DNA of 64,000 bases from a virus, in the IMG/VR virus record IMGVR_UViG_3300045988_102744; one strand, 5' to 3'. The translations under genes and the position numbers were made by a program. The notes beneath the pieces are model-generated. The model did not search any database, was not told the DNA's origin, and saw nothing but the letters and a program-made list of their open reading frames with translations. This document shows, one piece after another, positions 46,302-55,712 of the stretch (position 1 is the first letter of the stretch; every line of letters begins with the position of its first letter).

Positions 46302-46612
46302 TGTGATAAGTGATTTTGTTTTATGTTAGGTAAGTAATTTGTAATAACATCAAGTGATATCCATAACTCTGGCTCTATGCTGTTTTTTATTCTATCACTG
46401 AAAAGAGAATTATCATCACAATCACAATGAGAGATTGTGATATAACAATCTTGATAATCCCACCAATGAGCCGATTTAAAATCGTCTCCTCCATTCCAAA
46501 ACCCTATTCTTATACCTCTTGGGTTGAAATCTTCATCTATCCAACTTGGGTGATAGGCCAACACTTCTTCTCCCTCTGGAGGTTTTTCCTCTTTGAATTT
46601 CTTCCAGTTCAT
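46298..46612 (-). CDS. hypothetical 104-aa protein
   Basis: ORF track; ATGA overlap. Confidence 0.5.
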   Translation of the reverse strand: MNWKKFKEEKPPEGEEVLAYHPSWIDEDFNPRGIRIGFWNGGDDFKSAHWWDYQDCYITISHCDCDDNSLFSDRIKNSIEPELWISLDVITNYLPNIKQNHLSQ

Positions 46613-46623
46613 CTCGCCTTTAA

Positions 46624-47421
46624 TTAGTTAGACACAAATATACAAGTTTTATTAAGATACCCTTCTGTCATCTCTATGAAATTCACACAATCTAATTTAC
46701 TTAATTTGTAAATCAATGCCGGATTGTGTATTATGGCTATAATTTGTGTTTGTGGTTTATGAAATGATAATACATTGTAAATCTGCATTATGTTGTCAAT
46801 ATCAAGATTCCTGTCTGGCTCATCCATGAGAACCGTGTATTCAAAACTGCCTTCTGTTAATGTTATGCGGTTTCTTTTATAATACTTCAACAGGTTATCA
46901 ATTCTTTTGATCCAAAATGCATTTGATTTTTTCTTGTATTCTGCAAGATCTTGCATTGGAAACGCATAATCCTTTTGGTTGAACATTAAATTGAAAAGTG
47001 ATTCCAATGATAACACCACTTTTTCTCCATAAGATTTTTGAATGCTATTCACATACAAATCGAAATTGCTGATGTTTTTTAATACACTATCTCGATTTGT
47101 CTCCGCCGATGGCAATAAACGGAATACTTTCCCTGCATAATCGGATAATATGCCAATCCCATCAAGAACCTTGTCATCATCATCAAATATAGGTGGAAAA
47201 TCCAGCGCCTCGATCGGCATTTCAGAGCACATGGACTTCTCACATAACGCATACATTGATATGATGTTAAGTAAGGTTGATTTTCCACTACCGTTTTTCC
47301 CTATAATCACATTCACTCCTGGCTTGAAAATAAATTCTCTGCCATTTTCAAACGCCTCTATGTCAGAAACATATTCAAAAGGAGTTTTTGTGTTGTCTTT
47401 TATTTTTACTGATGTTATCAT
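46624..47421 (-). CDS. compact ABC-type (SMC/RecF-like) ATPase
   Basis: Walker A GKNGSGKST, signature-like SYGEKVVLSL, Walker B VLMDEPDRNLD, H-loop IIHNP; 265 aa with no fused effector domain. Confidence 0.75.
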   Translation of the reverse strand: MITSVKIKDNTKTPFEYVSDIEAFENGREFIFKPGVNVIIGKNGSGKSTLLNIISMYALCEKSMCSEMPIEALDFPPIFDDDDKVLDGIGILSDYAGKVFRLLPSAETNRDSVLKNISNFDLYVNSIQKSYGEKVVLSLESLFNLMFNQKDYAFPMQDLAEYKKKSNAFWIKRIDNLLKYYKRNRITLTEGSFEYTVLMDEPDRNLDIDNIMQIYNVLSFHKPQTQIIAIIHNPALIYKLSKLDCVNFIEMTEGYLNKTCIFVSN

Positions 47422-47433
47422 ATGTAATCCTTT

Positions 47434-48270
47434 TTAAAAATCAATTACCGCCCGAACCCCGTTACTATTGCACTTGCAGTTGCTGCCCGTGAGGCCATTG
47501 GAGAAGTACACGATCCATGCGGCGCTCTGGCTGTACTCGGTACTGGACCAATACCACGCCGAGCCTAACGGTTTTGCGCCTATGTATTCAAGCGCATCGT
47601 TTATACTGTCTTTGTAATGCGCCATTAGGTTGAGTTGTCTCAACGAAGGGATGTATTCGCCATCTTCCAGCAGATTTTTCAACTTTGGATTTCTGGCTAC
47701 AAAGCGTTCCGTATTGTCGTGTCCGTCAATGTCAAACAGCGCATCACATTCACGTTCGTAATATGTCTCACCTCCGGATTCTTCACGGCTATCATCGTCA
47801 AGCAATTGTACGTTATCATGCTCCGTCAGTGAGATAGCAAACGATACGTCTTTGTGCTTTAATCCAATATAACGCACATTCTTTTTGAAATTCTCTCCAG
47901 TAAACGGCTCAGCGTGTCCGTTTCCGTAGATTAGATACAAACCATCTTTTCTTGATGGTACTCTATTTTCACATACGCATCTTTCATTTTTGGAACTTAC
48001 AATTATATTTAACTCATTTAACACATGATCTTTTATAACCTCCTTACATATTCTTTCTACAAAATCAGAATTTCTTTGTTTAAGTTCGTCATTAACCATA
48101 CATCTGATCCAATGTTCTATTTGATTGTTATTCCCATATGTATTATTCATACACTGTTTTACAAGTTTTTCCAATAATGATTCTATGTTTTTGATTATGT
48201 CTTCTTTGGTAAGGTGAAGTTCATTTAGTATGCAGTTCCTTACCGCCTTGTATTCTTTACTTGTTCTCAT
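47434..48270 (-). CDS. DUF1566 (Lcl C-terminal / C-type-lectin-like)-domain protein with GC-rich 3' end
   Basis: C-terminus LGSAWYWSSTEYSQSAAWIVYFSNGLTGSNCKCNSNGVRAV matches DUF1566 signature; last ~130 nt markedly GC-richer than surroundings. Confidence 0.65.
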   Translation of the reverse strand: MRTSKEYKAVRNCILNELHLTKEDIIKNIESLLEKLVKQCMNNTYGNNNQIEHWIRCMVNDELKQRNSDFVERICKEVIKDHVLNELNIIVSSKNERCVCENRVPSRKDGLYLIYGNGHAEPFTGENFKKNVRYIGLKHKDVSFAISLTEHDNVQLLDDDSREESGGETYYERECDALFDIDGHDNTERFVARNPKLKNLLEDGEYIPSLRQLNLMAHYKDSINDALEYIGAKPLGSAWYWSSTEYSQSAAWIVYFSNGLTGSNCKCNSNGVRAVIDF

Positions 48271-48281
48271 GATGATATTTT

Positions 48282-48519
48282 TTATAATTCAACTCCCTTA
48301 TTTTCCATTTCCTTAATTACCTTTCTTGCTGTCTCAAGTTCAAAAAGTCTCGCTATTGCTTCATCCTTCATTTTTTTAGCATTTCTGAATCTTTCAGGGT
48401 TTTCTCCTCTCTTAAAAAAAGTCATAACCGGCCTCTTCGTATTCTGAAATGGATCTCTTTACTTCCATAACTGCTTTGAATGATTCATTTTCAAGATAAG
48501 CATGTGCTGTTGGTTTCAT
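48282..48519 (-). pseudogene. small gene split by a +1/-1 frame break at a T7/A7 homopolymer (35-aa MKPTAHAYLENE... plus 47-aa MTFFKRGENPERF...; fused 78 aa if run were 6)
   Basis: two overlapping ORFs in adjacent frames joined across A7 at 48414-48420; ATG 48519 overlaps Dam stop (ATGA). Confidence 0.35.
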
Positions 48520-49180
48520 TTTAGTTCTTTGATTAAAGCATCCGCATATATCACAGCTAATTCAGCCGCCTTATCACACGCTTCCAATATTAATTCACCG
48601 TGAGGTCCACGCCCTGATACAGATGTGATCGGAAGCACAGTTTTCGCTATCTCGTATCTACGTTGTTCCCAATCTACATGGGTGTTACACGGTTCTTGAT
48701 TGACCTGTATATATCTTCCTTCAATATTAGAAGATCTTAATGTTTCCGCATTCTCTTCGCCGAATGCAACCAGAATAGACCCACATCCTGGACTTTCACC
48801 TATTGTCCCATCTTCTCTGTGGAATTTTATTCTTCCTTTCATGAACAATATACCTTTCGCTTTCGGGAATACAACATCCTGAAACATCTTATTGTCAAGA
48901 CGATTGAAAAGAAGAGCTATTCCATTATTGTGCTCTACCATACGAGTAATAAAATGCTCTATCGTCGGTCTTGAATAAGGTGGGTTTAACCATACCCTTC
49001 CTTCCCATTCCTGTTTTAATCCATCTTGTTCTTTGTTGTACATCACTCTGGCTGTCCTCCATAAAGGACGCATAGGCGCACATGGATCTAAATCAAATTC
49101 TCCTAAAGCATCTATAATCTCTTTAGGTGTGTACCATTCATCTGTACTATTTTTTTTGATTTTTCAAATGATGTGTTCAT
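48516..49180 (-). CDS. phage-type DNA N6-adenine methyltransferase (Dam family, NPPY), N-terminus out of frame at an A8 tract
   Basis: VWLNPPYSR motif IV; upstream in a second frame STDEWYTPKEIIDALGEFDLDPCAPM (typical family N-terminus) and ATG at 49180 (MNTSFEKSKK); frames join only if the T8 run at 49150-49157 were 9. Confidence 0.7.
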
Positions 49181-49198
49181 ATATTTATGTTTTATAAG

Positions 49199-49861
49199 TT
49201 AATCCCATCCTCCATCAGCATACAAAGATACGTCTTCCTCCTCTACATTCACACCCTTAAGAGCTTGCAGAAGCTTTTTCTTTGTCTCCCTACACATATT
49301 GTAACCATATCCCTTATACTTATATGATCTTTCCCATGTACTCACTGGGAAGGGGATATTTTCATCAATGACCAGCCTCTTCATATGAAGATGTTCGAAG
49401 AATTTATCATGGTATAGAAGTTTATACTCGTATCCTACTATATCAGTAGATGAGAATGGAAAATAATCATCTTCCTTTTCTTCGTATTTAGGCTCCTTAT
49501 AGTAAGCCATTTTTGTCACAGTAAAATCGAAGCTCCTAAGAATCTCTTCTGGCTTTCCAAACTCTGACTCTATGAACTCTATCCATACCTTTTCTCCCTC
49601 TTTCTGGAACGCACATACCTTCTCATTTCTGTACTTAAATTTCCATCCTTCTTTCTGATGTTTTTCATCATTGAACAAATCAACAGCTTCCTGAAAATCG
49701 CTTTCGCTTTCAAAGAAAATATCAATGTCTTTTACTTTTTCTCCGGAAAGAATATTCTTAAAACATCCACCAGCTATGAATCCTTTGTGGCCTTCCATAT
49801 ACTTGTCAAGCCATCTTATTTGCCATAAGTTATCGGGAGTATCTATTACAAAATTATTCAT
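49199..49861 (-). CDS. nucleotidyltransferase-fold protein (pol-beta superfamily GG...D-I-D motif)
   Basis: GFIAGGCFKNILSGEKVKDIDIFF fits hG[GS]x9-13 D-h-D-h NTase signature; 220 aa. Confidence 0.5.
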   Translation of the reverse strand: MNNFVIDTPDNLWQIRWLDKYMEGHKGFIAGGCFKNILSGEKVKDIDIFFESESDFQEAVDLFNDEKHQKEGWKFKYRNEKVCAFQKEGEKVWIEFIESEFGKPEEILRSFDFTVTKMAYYKEPKYEEKEDDYFPFSSTDIVGYEYKLLYHDKFFEHLHMKRLVIDENIPFPVSTWERSYKYKGYGYNMCRETKKKLLQALKGVNVEEEDVSLYADGGWD

Positions 49862-49879
49862 ATCGTTTATATTTTGCTG

Positions 49880-50134
49880 TTACCAAGCGAGATAAAAATT
49901 CCGCTTCACAATAATACAGTGAGTGTAATTACTCAGATCAATTCCATTATTCGTAAATGTATCCAGGACCCGTTTTTCCACGTATTTGAGTTTTACTACT
50001 ATCCTCTTCTTAAACACTTCTATTAACTTCTCATTGCACTCAATAGGTCCAATAAGACAGTATCTATTCGAGGGGCTGTCTGATATACAATATGTCTGAC
50101 ATCCTAACATGTTGCTTAAAATATTCTCATACAT
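49880..50134 (-). CDS. hypothetical 84-aa protein
   Basis: ORF track. Confidence 0.4.
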   Translation of the reverse strand: MYENILSNMLGCQTYCISDSPSNRYCLIGPIECNEKLIEVFKKRIVVKLKYVEKRVLDTFTNNGIDLSNYTHCIIVKRNFYLAW

Positions 50135-50241
50135 ATTTTTATGATTTTAATGTAGTGTCTACAAACGTCAAAACTGATAGTGAATGCGTTTTATCTACAT
50201 TTTTCGTAAATATATCTAACGCTAATATTTTCATTTCTCTT

Positions 50242-50397
50242 TTATTTATGCCTTTCAAAATGTTTACAACCGTTCTTTCTGGACGCTTTGATACGATGCT
50301 GTAATTTCGTACAGTACATAAAGAAATTCACGCACTGGTAAAACTTACATATACTACAATGCTGATCTTGTTCTTTTGATTCGTCTGTTTTATTCAT
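50242..50397 (-). CDS. small Cys-rich protein (51 aa, MNKTDESKEQDQHCSICKFYQCVNFFMYCTKLQHRIKASRKNGCKHF)
   Basis: ATG 50397 overlaps stop of upstream gene (ATGA); fills a 260-nt gap; below track cutoff. Confidence 0.35.
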   Translation of the reverse strand: MNKTDESKEQDQHCSICKFYQCVNFFMYCTKLQHRIKASRKNGCKHFERHK

Positions 50398-50594
50398 GAC
50401 CCCTTCTTTCTAAATGTTATATCAAAAGTCTGTAAATTCTTCAGTTCGGTATAAACTAACTCCCGAAAGAACCAGAACATTTTATATATCTCTTCATCTC
50501 TGGACGTTCCCCACACGTTCGCAGCCGCCTGAACCGCATCTTTCATGGAGAAACAAATCTGAGTCCAGTCGTCATATTCTTTCTCATCGTTCAT
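50394..50594 (-). CDS. hypothetical 66-aa protein
   Basis: ORF track. Confidence 0.4.
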   Translation of the reverse strand: MNDEKEYDDWTQICFSMKDAVQAAANVWGTSRDEEIYKMFWFFRELVYTELKNLQTFDITFRKKGS

Positions 50595-50637
50595 AACCTC
50601 CCGGATTTGTTTCCGGGAATGTTCTATATATTCTTTA

Positions 50638-50850
50638 TTATAGTTCTGTTTTATGTTGTTTGTAATTATTTATAACTTTCACTTCTTCGCTCCACAAACG
50701 TCTCTTATATATCGGAGTGATGCCGATCAGAATGCCACTACCTTTACCCCAATACTGAAGTATTTTGGACTCAATTTTATGATGCAATTCTTGTATTCCT
50801 CCTTTGTTTCTGTCATAAGGAGAAAAATCAGATAACTTTACCGTTTTCAT
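50638..50850 (-). CDS. hypothetical 70-aa protein
   Basis: ORF track; ATGA overlap. Confidence 0.4.
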   Translation of the reverse strand: MKTVKLSDFSPYDRNKGGIQELHHKIESKILQYWGKGSGILIGITPIYKRRLWSEEVKVINNYKQHKTEL

Positions 50851-51584
50851 TTTTCTGGATTTTCAGCAGTTCCTAAAAGACATTCATTACCCTCAAAAGG
50901 AATGCAACAGTCCCATAATGTTCCATTGGAACATTCATACTTATAAGACAATCCATCAGAATCGTCCACAATTTCCCTTGCAAACAAGCTGATATGCCAT
51001 TCTTTATCGCCCTCGTCTCTTACCAGCACTTTGTCAAACGGCTTAAACTCATATTTCGGCTCTTCTTCAATTCCGAAGAAGCGTTTCAGATATTCCTTAG
51101 CCTTTGGATTCTTGCTTGCCTTTAATGCGTTAATCATCCTCTGTTTTTCCGAATCTGTCGCAAGTCTATAGCGTTCTATTTCGTTATTACATGCAGCAAA
51201 ATTACCCGATATATTAAGACCTGCTCCCGCTGCAAGACTCGCATAAAAAGATGTTAAATATTTCCCATGTATATTTAAAATAAAAATAAAACTTCCATCT
51301 TCGTTGCTTAACACCTCTCCATCTTTAAATGTAATATATTCTGGAACTTCAAGAAGGAGGCGATTTTCGCTGCTAAGTGCTTTTCCTGTAGCAGAAAACC
51401 AATCTGCCGATACAGAAATAGAGTGAATTACAACCAATAACGGACAATTCGACAAATTATCTTCATATACGATTTCTGCCCTATCTCGTCCTTTCTCTGT
51501 CACAATCCGACCTGATATTTTCCCTTCTCTTATTCTCTTCGCCGTTTCTAAATCAAACGGTATTATTACCATTTTATGTTCCAT
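50847..51584 (-). CDS. hypothetical 245-aa protein, member of a tandem paralogue pair
   Basis: N-terminus MVIIPFDLETAKRIREGKISG and C-terminus KPFDKVLVRDEGDKEWHISLF...CIPFEGNECLLGT shared with 51589..52387. Confidence 0.55.
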   Translation of the reverse strand: MEHKMVIIPFDLETAKRIREGKISGRIVTEKGRDRAEIVYEDNLSNCPLLVVIHSISVSADWFSATGKALSSENRLLLEVPEYITFKDGEVLSNEDGSFIFILNIHGKYLTSFYASLAAGAGLNISGNFAACNNEIERYRLATDSEKQRMINALKASKNPKAKEYLKRFFGIEEEPKYEFKPFDKVLVRDEGDKEWHISLFAREIVDDSDGLSYKYECSNGTLWDCCIPFEGNECLLGTAENPEK

Positions 51585-51588
51585 AATC

Positions 51589-52387
51589 TTATTTGTTTTT
51601 ATTAGTTCCTAAAAGATGTTCGTGCCCTTCGTATGGGATACACTGACTAAATCCTACACCTCCTAAGCATTCATATTTATTATCTCCTCCTGATTCTCTG
51701 GAAAATAGATGTAATTTCCACCTCTCTTGGTTAGTTCTTCTCACCAGCACTCGTTCAAATGGTTTGAAGTCGTGTTTCGGCATCTCATCTAATAGATACT
51801 CATATTCACTTAAATATCTTTTTATTATATTTATTTTTCTACCGTCTTCGGCTTTTATAATCTTTTCTGCTAAAAATTTCTTCTCTTCTTCTATAGCCTT
51901 TCTTACATTCCTATTTTTATCTTCGCTATACACATCAGTCCATAATATGCAACGATCAAACTCAATATCTCCATATGTTGTCATTCCGCATATACTTCCC
52001 ATTGCCCCTTCGGTAATAAGTCCATCATATATGAATTGACATCCTTTAGTGCTTGTTAATATATCTCCTTCCTTAAAATACGCTCCAGCCTCTACCCTCA
52101 ATTCCAGAGTGGTATCGCCAAGAGCACAACCTTCTGTATCGGCATATATAGCACTTATTCCAGATCCATCTTTTTTTTACAAAAAGTAAATTATAACGAT
52201 CTGCACAGTCTTTCGACTCATATACAAATTCTATTTCAATATTATCAATTAATACCGAACCTTCTATTTCTCCGCTTTTAATTTTTCTCGCCGTATTTAA
52301 ATCAAACGGAACAATAATTAGATTTTTCATATTTTTCTTGTTTTTAATTATGTGATTAATAAAATAAGATGGACTACTTACACCCAT
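51589..52387 (-). pseudogene. tandem paralogue of 50847..51584, interrupted by a frame break at an A8/T8 homopolymer (52171-52178)
   Basis: track ORFs 52073..52387 (MKNLIIVPFDLNTARKIKSGEIEG...) and 51589..52101 (...KPFERVLVRRTNQERWKLHLF...CIPYEGHEHLLGT) join in frame if the run were 7. Confidence 0.5.
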
Positions 52388-53439
52388 CCCAGTTGTTTTG
52401 CTATTCTCTCCATTTCGTTATATGCTATCCGATGACATCCAGCGGTTAACAAATCGTTTTCGTACCGATTTAGACTCCACTGGTGGCCGGTGACGTCCTC
52501 CACCAGACCGTGCCGAAACTCGGCGCCCCGGTGCATTGCCGACACAGCCCTCCACAGTTTTCTGGCTTCTGCTATTCCAATCTTTATCTGTTTACTTGTC
52601 TCAATAATATTTCCTTTTATACGAATCCAGGCGTTAGGTTTTTCACCAGGAATATAGAAAGGTGTATTCAAGAAATTGATTTCTCCTGACTTCCACTCTT
52701 CCAGTTTTTCATCAAAATCCTTGTAACGGGCTTCTTCTTCCTTTCTTAATCTCTCTAATTTTATTCTTTCTCTTTCTTCCTCACCCTTTCTCCATCTTTC
52801 AGATCTTTCTGAATACTTAATCCATGTACCTTCCCCGCAAACTTCATCAACAATCACATTTACGGTCCCTAACACTTTTAATCCTTGATGATCCAATAAA
52901 ATTTGAAAGATGCGTTTTAATTCATGTACGTGCTTACGCTTGATACTATCTCCGCTCTTGGATAATTCATGATTGGTTCCAAGCCAATCATTAGCACTCT
53001 TTTTAAGGATACTCTTAGCAGTCCCCATGTTAAAGAACTGAATGTAATCCATCATATTCCCAAAAGCGCCCCAAATATCTGTATAAGATAATTCTGTTTT
53101 AGCTCTTTTGTATTTTTCAATAGACTTCTTAATTGATTCCAGTTTGCTGGCAACAAACCTCATATTACCAGTATCCGATATATTATCCCCTACACTGAAA
53201 ACCATTGCCCAAGTTGGTATCGCATTACGAACATAGCATTGATGTTTGCTCGTGGTAGCAGAATAATAATCTTCATTTATCAGGTATGCTTTCTTCCCTT
53301 GTTTGTTTTTTACTATTCTCCCGACTTCAAAGTGATGCCCATAAGAATAAATACTTGTACCTACAAAGAAGAAATTGCTCCCTGATGCTGATTCTTCTTG
53401 TTCATGAGCCCACAAGTGAGCGACCATTGAATTGTTCAT
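52378..53439 (-). CDS. hypothetical 353-aa protein with charged coiled-coil middle and GC-rich 3' segment
   Basis: ORF track. Confidence 0.55.
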   Translation of the reverse strand: MNNSMVAHLWAHEQEESASGSNFFFVGTSIYSYGHHFEVGRIVKNKQGKKAYLINEDYYSATTSKHQCYVRNAIPTWAMVFSVGDNISDTGNMRFVASKLESIKKSIEKYKRAKTELSYTDIWGAFGNMMDYIQFFNMGTAKSILKKSANDWLGTNHELSKSGDSIKRKHVHELKRIFQILLDHQGLKVLGTVNVIVDEVCGEGTWIKYSERSERWRKGEEERERIKLERLRKEEEARYKDFDEKLEEWKSGEINFLNTPFYIPGEKPNAWIRIKGNIIETSKQIKIGIAEARKLWRAVSAMHRGAEFRHGLVEDVTGHQWSLNRYENDLLTAGCHRIAYNEMERIAKQLGWV

Positions 53440-53451
53440 ATAAATATCTTT

Positions 53452-53766
53452 TTAATTGTTTAACTTACCTCTACTATATAATCCTCTTTGTTCATATTTT
53501 TCAATACATTCGGTTATCATATCGCAGAACACTTGCCCTTCTTTTTCGGAACCTCTGAAGTAACCAATCATCTTCAGGATATTCCCGTTAAACTCATGGA
53601 CAAACTTGTTGTAATAATGTTCCCCCATAACTTTCCCGTATTTTTCCATGAACAAATTCTTGTCCAGTGATTCATCCTTAAAACAACGGTTGTAATCCCA
53701 TCTTACAACACGAAACAATGTTTCAAAATTCAATCTTTCCATATCCTGTATTTTATTTAAGCTCAA
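53452..53766 (-). CDS. hypothetical 104-aa protein
   Basis: ORF track. Confidence 0.5.
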   Translation of the reverse strand: MSLNKIQDMERLNFETLFRVVRWDYNRCFKDESLDKNLFMEKYGKVMGEHYYNKFVHEFNGNILKMIGYFRGSEKEGQVFCDMITECIEKYEQRGLYSRGKLNN

Positions 53767-54649
53767 ACCTAATATCTTCCGGCAACTGAGAGCGGTCCAC
53801 CTTGTTCACAAAATCATCAAACTCTTCCTGTGTGATTTTTTCTCCATAACTGTTCCAGTTGAAAGATAAAGTATTTAAGTGAGAGTAATATATAGCATTA
53901 TCAGTAGACAACCCATAATCAAACACACAGAGCATTATCTTTTTTTCTGCTTCTGCTTGTCTGATTCTCTTATCGTATCGCTCACAAATTTCAGCACGCT
54001 TTTTCAACATCTCTGCCTTATGATCCTCTTCCCTACGTTTTTCGATATTTTCTGCGGAATAATACCCGGCTTTAATGCGCTCTTCAATAAGCAAACGTTC
54101 CTCGTCCGTTAATGTCAAAGTGAACCTTTCCTTTTCCGGCGTATACGGATTTACCCATTTCTTGCCACACAGGTCTTCAAGTTCAACAAGAAGCTCGTCT
54201 GATTCACGTTTCCATCTATCCACAATCCCCAGATTGAAAAGCAGATACTTGAAATACATCTTATCCTCAGAGGCTTTATATAATTCTACGCATTCTTGTT
54301 CTGATATACGCAAATACTCCATTGCCACAGACATACCACTTCTTCTAACGTAATATATGCCATTTTCCACCGGATACATAGGAGCACCATAATGGTTACA
54401 AAGATGCAATGATATGAATTTCGCCAATTCCGGAAAATGTTTTGCAACTTCATCGTGGCAGCAGCCTCCTAAGTAATCCTCATATTTTCCATGCTTGTTT
54501 TTCCAGTCAACGTCGGCTGTTATGCTCCAGTCGCATATGTTATTTTTGCAGTCATCATCCAAAGAGATTCTAACTGTTATTCTATAATCTTCTTCATTTT
54601 CTGTAAAGAATTTTGTACTTGAATAAATTAGTTTGTTTGCAGTTTCCAT
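53753..54649 (-). CDS. hypothetical 298-aa protein
   Basis: ORF track. Confidence 0.55.
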   Translation of the reverse strand: METANKLIYSSTKFFTENEEDYRITVRISLDDDCKNNICDWSITADVDWKNKHGKYEDYLGGCCHDEVAKHFPELAKFISLHLCNHYGAPMYPVENGIYYVRRSGMSVAMEYLRISEQECVELYKASEDKMYFKYLLFNLGIVDRWKRESDELLVELEDLCGKKWVNPYTPEKERFTLTLTDEERLLIEERIKAGYYSAENIEKRREEDHKAEMLKKRAEICERYDKRIRQAEAEKKIMLCVFDYGLSTDNAIYYSHLNTLSFNWNSYGEKITQEEFDDFVNKVDRSQLPEDIRFELK

Positions 54650-54660
54650 ATTATTTTAGT

Positions 54661-54897
54661 TTAATCATTACGCTTGTAAAAAATAAAATCTGCACATTCT
54701 CCCGGTGTATTATTAGCGTTATTGTACCAATAAAAACCTTCTGTTTTCCAGTCTACATCTACGGGATCTTCTTTTACTCGTTCCAAGAAATTCCTTATTT
54801 CTCGTTCTTCATTATCTGACAAACCTGTATAATCACCATTTATCAGAGCACGAGCCCAATAAACTGGAAGCCTGTATCTTGTTACCTTTATACTCAT
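54661..54897 (-). CDS. hypothetical 78-aa protein
   Basis: ORF track. Confidence 0.45.
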   Translation of the reverse strand: MSIKVTRYRLPVYWARALINGDYTGLSDNEEREIRNFLERVKEDPVDVDWKTEGFYWYNNANNTPGECADFIFYKRND

Positions 54898-55286
54898 AGC
54901 TTCATTAATTTACAATGACAATCATCAAATACTGGAATCATCCCTTGTTCTCTAAAATAAGCGGTAGCTACTTTGAAAGCATACAAAGGATTTACCTTCT
55001 TAATTTCCTGCTGGGATTTATAGAAAGTTACCGGCTGGCATACATAGAAGTTTTCATTACCAAGACGTCCGAAAACCCAATTCATAGTGCTTTCGTTACA
55101 ATTAGTGCCACCAAGTATAATTAGATCACATCCGGTCTTCCGGGTCCCTAAGATGAATGTCTTGTTCTTATTCTCTGGCTGCATAAATATCTCTTTATCA
55201 ATATTAAACCAATCACTTTGGCAACTTTCTACATCCCTTAGAACGATCTCGTCAATCTCACGGGCATATTCTTCTTGTGTTTTCAT
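54894..55286 (-). CDS. hypothetical 130-aa protein
   Basis: ORF track; ATGA overlap. Confidence 0.5.
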   Translation of the reverse strand: MKTQEEYAREIDEIVLRDVESCQSDWFNIDKEIFMQPENKNKTFILGTRKTGCDLIILGGTNCNESTMNWVFGRLGNENFYVCQPVTFYKSQQEIKKVNPLYAFKVATAYFREQGMIPVFDDCHCKLMKL

Positions 55287-55298
55287 AAGGCATGTTAT

Positions 55299-55712
55299 TT
55301 AAAAGAAACTCCAACAATATGTCACAATAAATTCCCTCATTCCGTATTCAGCAAGCTGCTGAAACGATTCTATCCCATTACAATAATAAAAAACAGCATC
55401 ATTATCATCATCGTTGATACTCAGCGATAGTTTGATTGTCACTCTTTTATCGTCTCCTGTTTCTTTCCACACAATCTGACATTCTACGTATTCAGGCTCC
55501 TTACCTGTTCTTTCTACAAATTCAAGGAATCTTAAATCAATTTCATATTTGACTCCTTCAACATTAGATATCACTACCTCGTTTTCACAATCACTGCAAA
55601 TAGCATGCATGAAAGCTCCATCAAAATAATCTATTATTTTTCCGGTATTCGGATTTACTATGGCTTCACAGGCAACATTTGTTCCACCACATTTTGTACA
55701 TATATATCCCAT
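55299..55712 (-). CDS. hypothetical 137-aa Cys-rich protein (CTKCGG...C...CSDC)
   Basis: ORF track. Confidence 0.5.
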   Translation of the reverse strand: MGYICTKCGGTNVACEAIVNPNTGKIIDYFDGAFMHAICSDCENEVVISNVEGVKYEIDLRFLEFVERTGKEPEYVECQIVWKETGDDKRVTIKLSLSINDDDNDAVFYYCNGIESFQQLAEYGMREFIVTYCWSFF

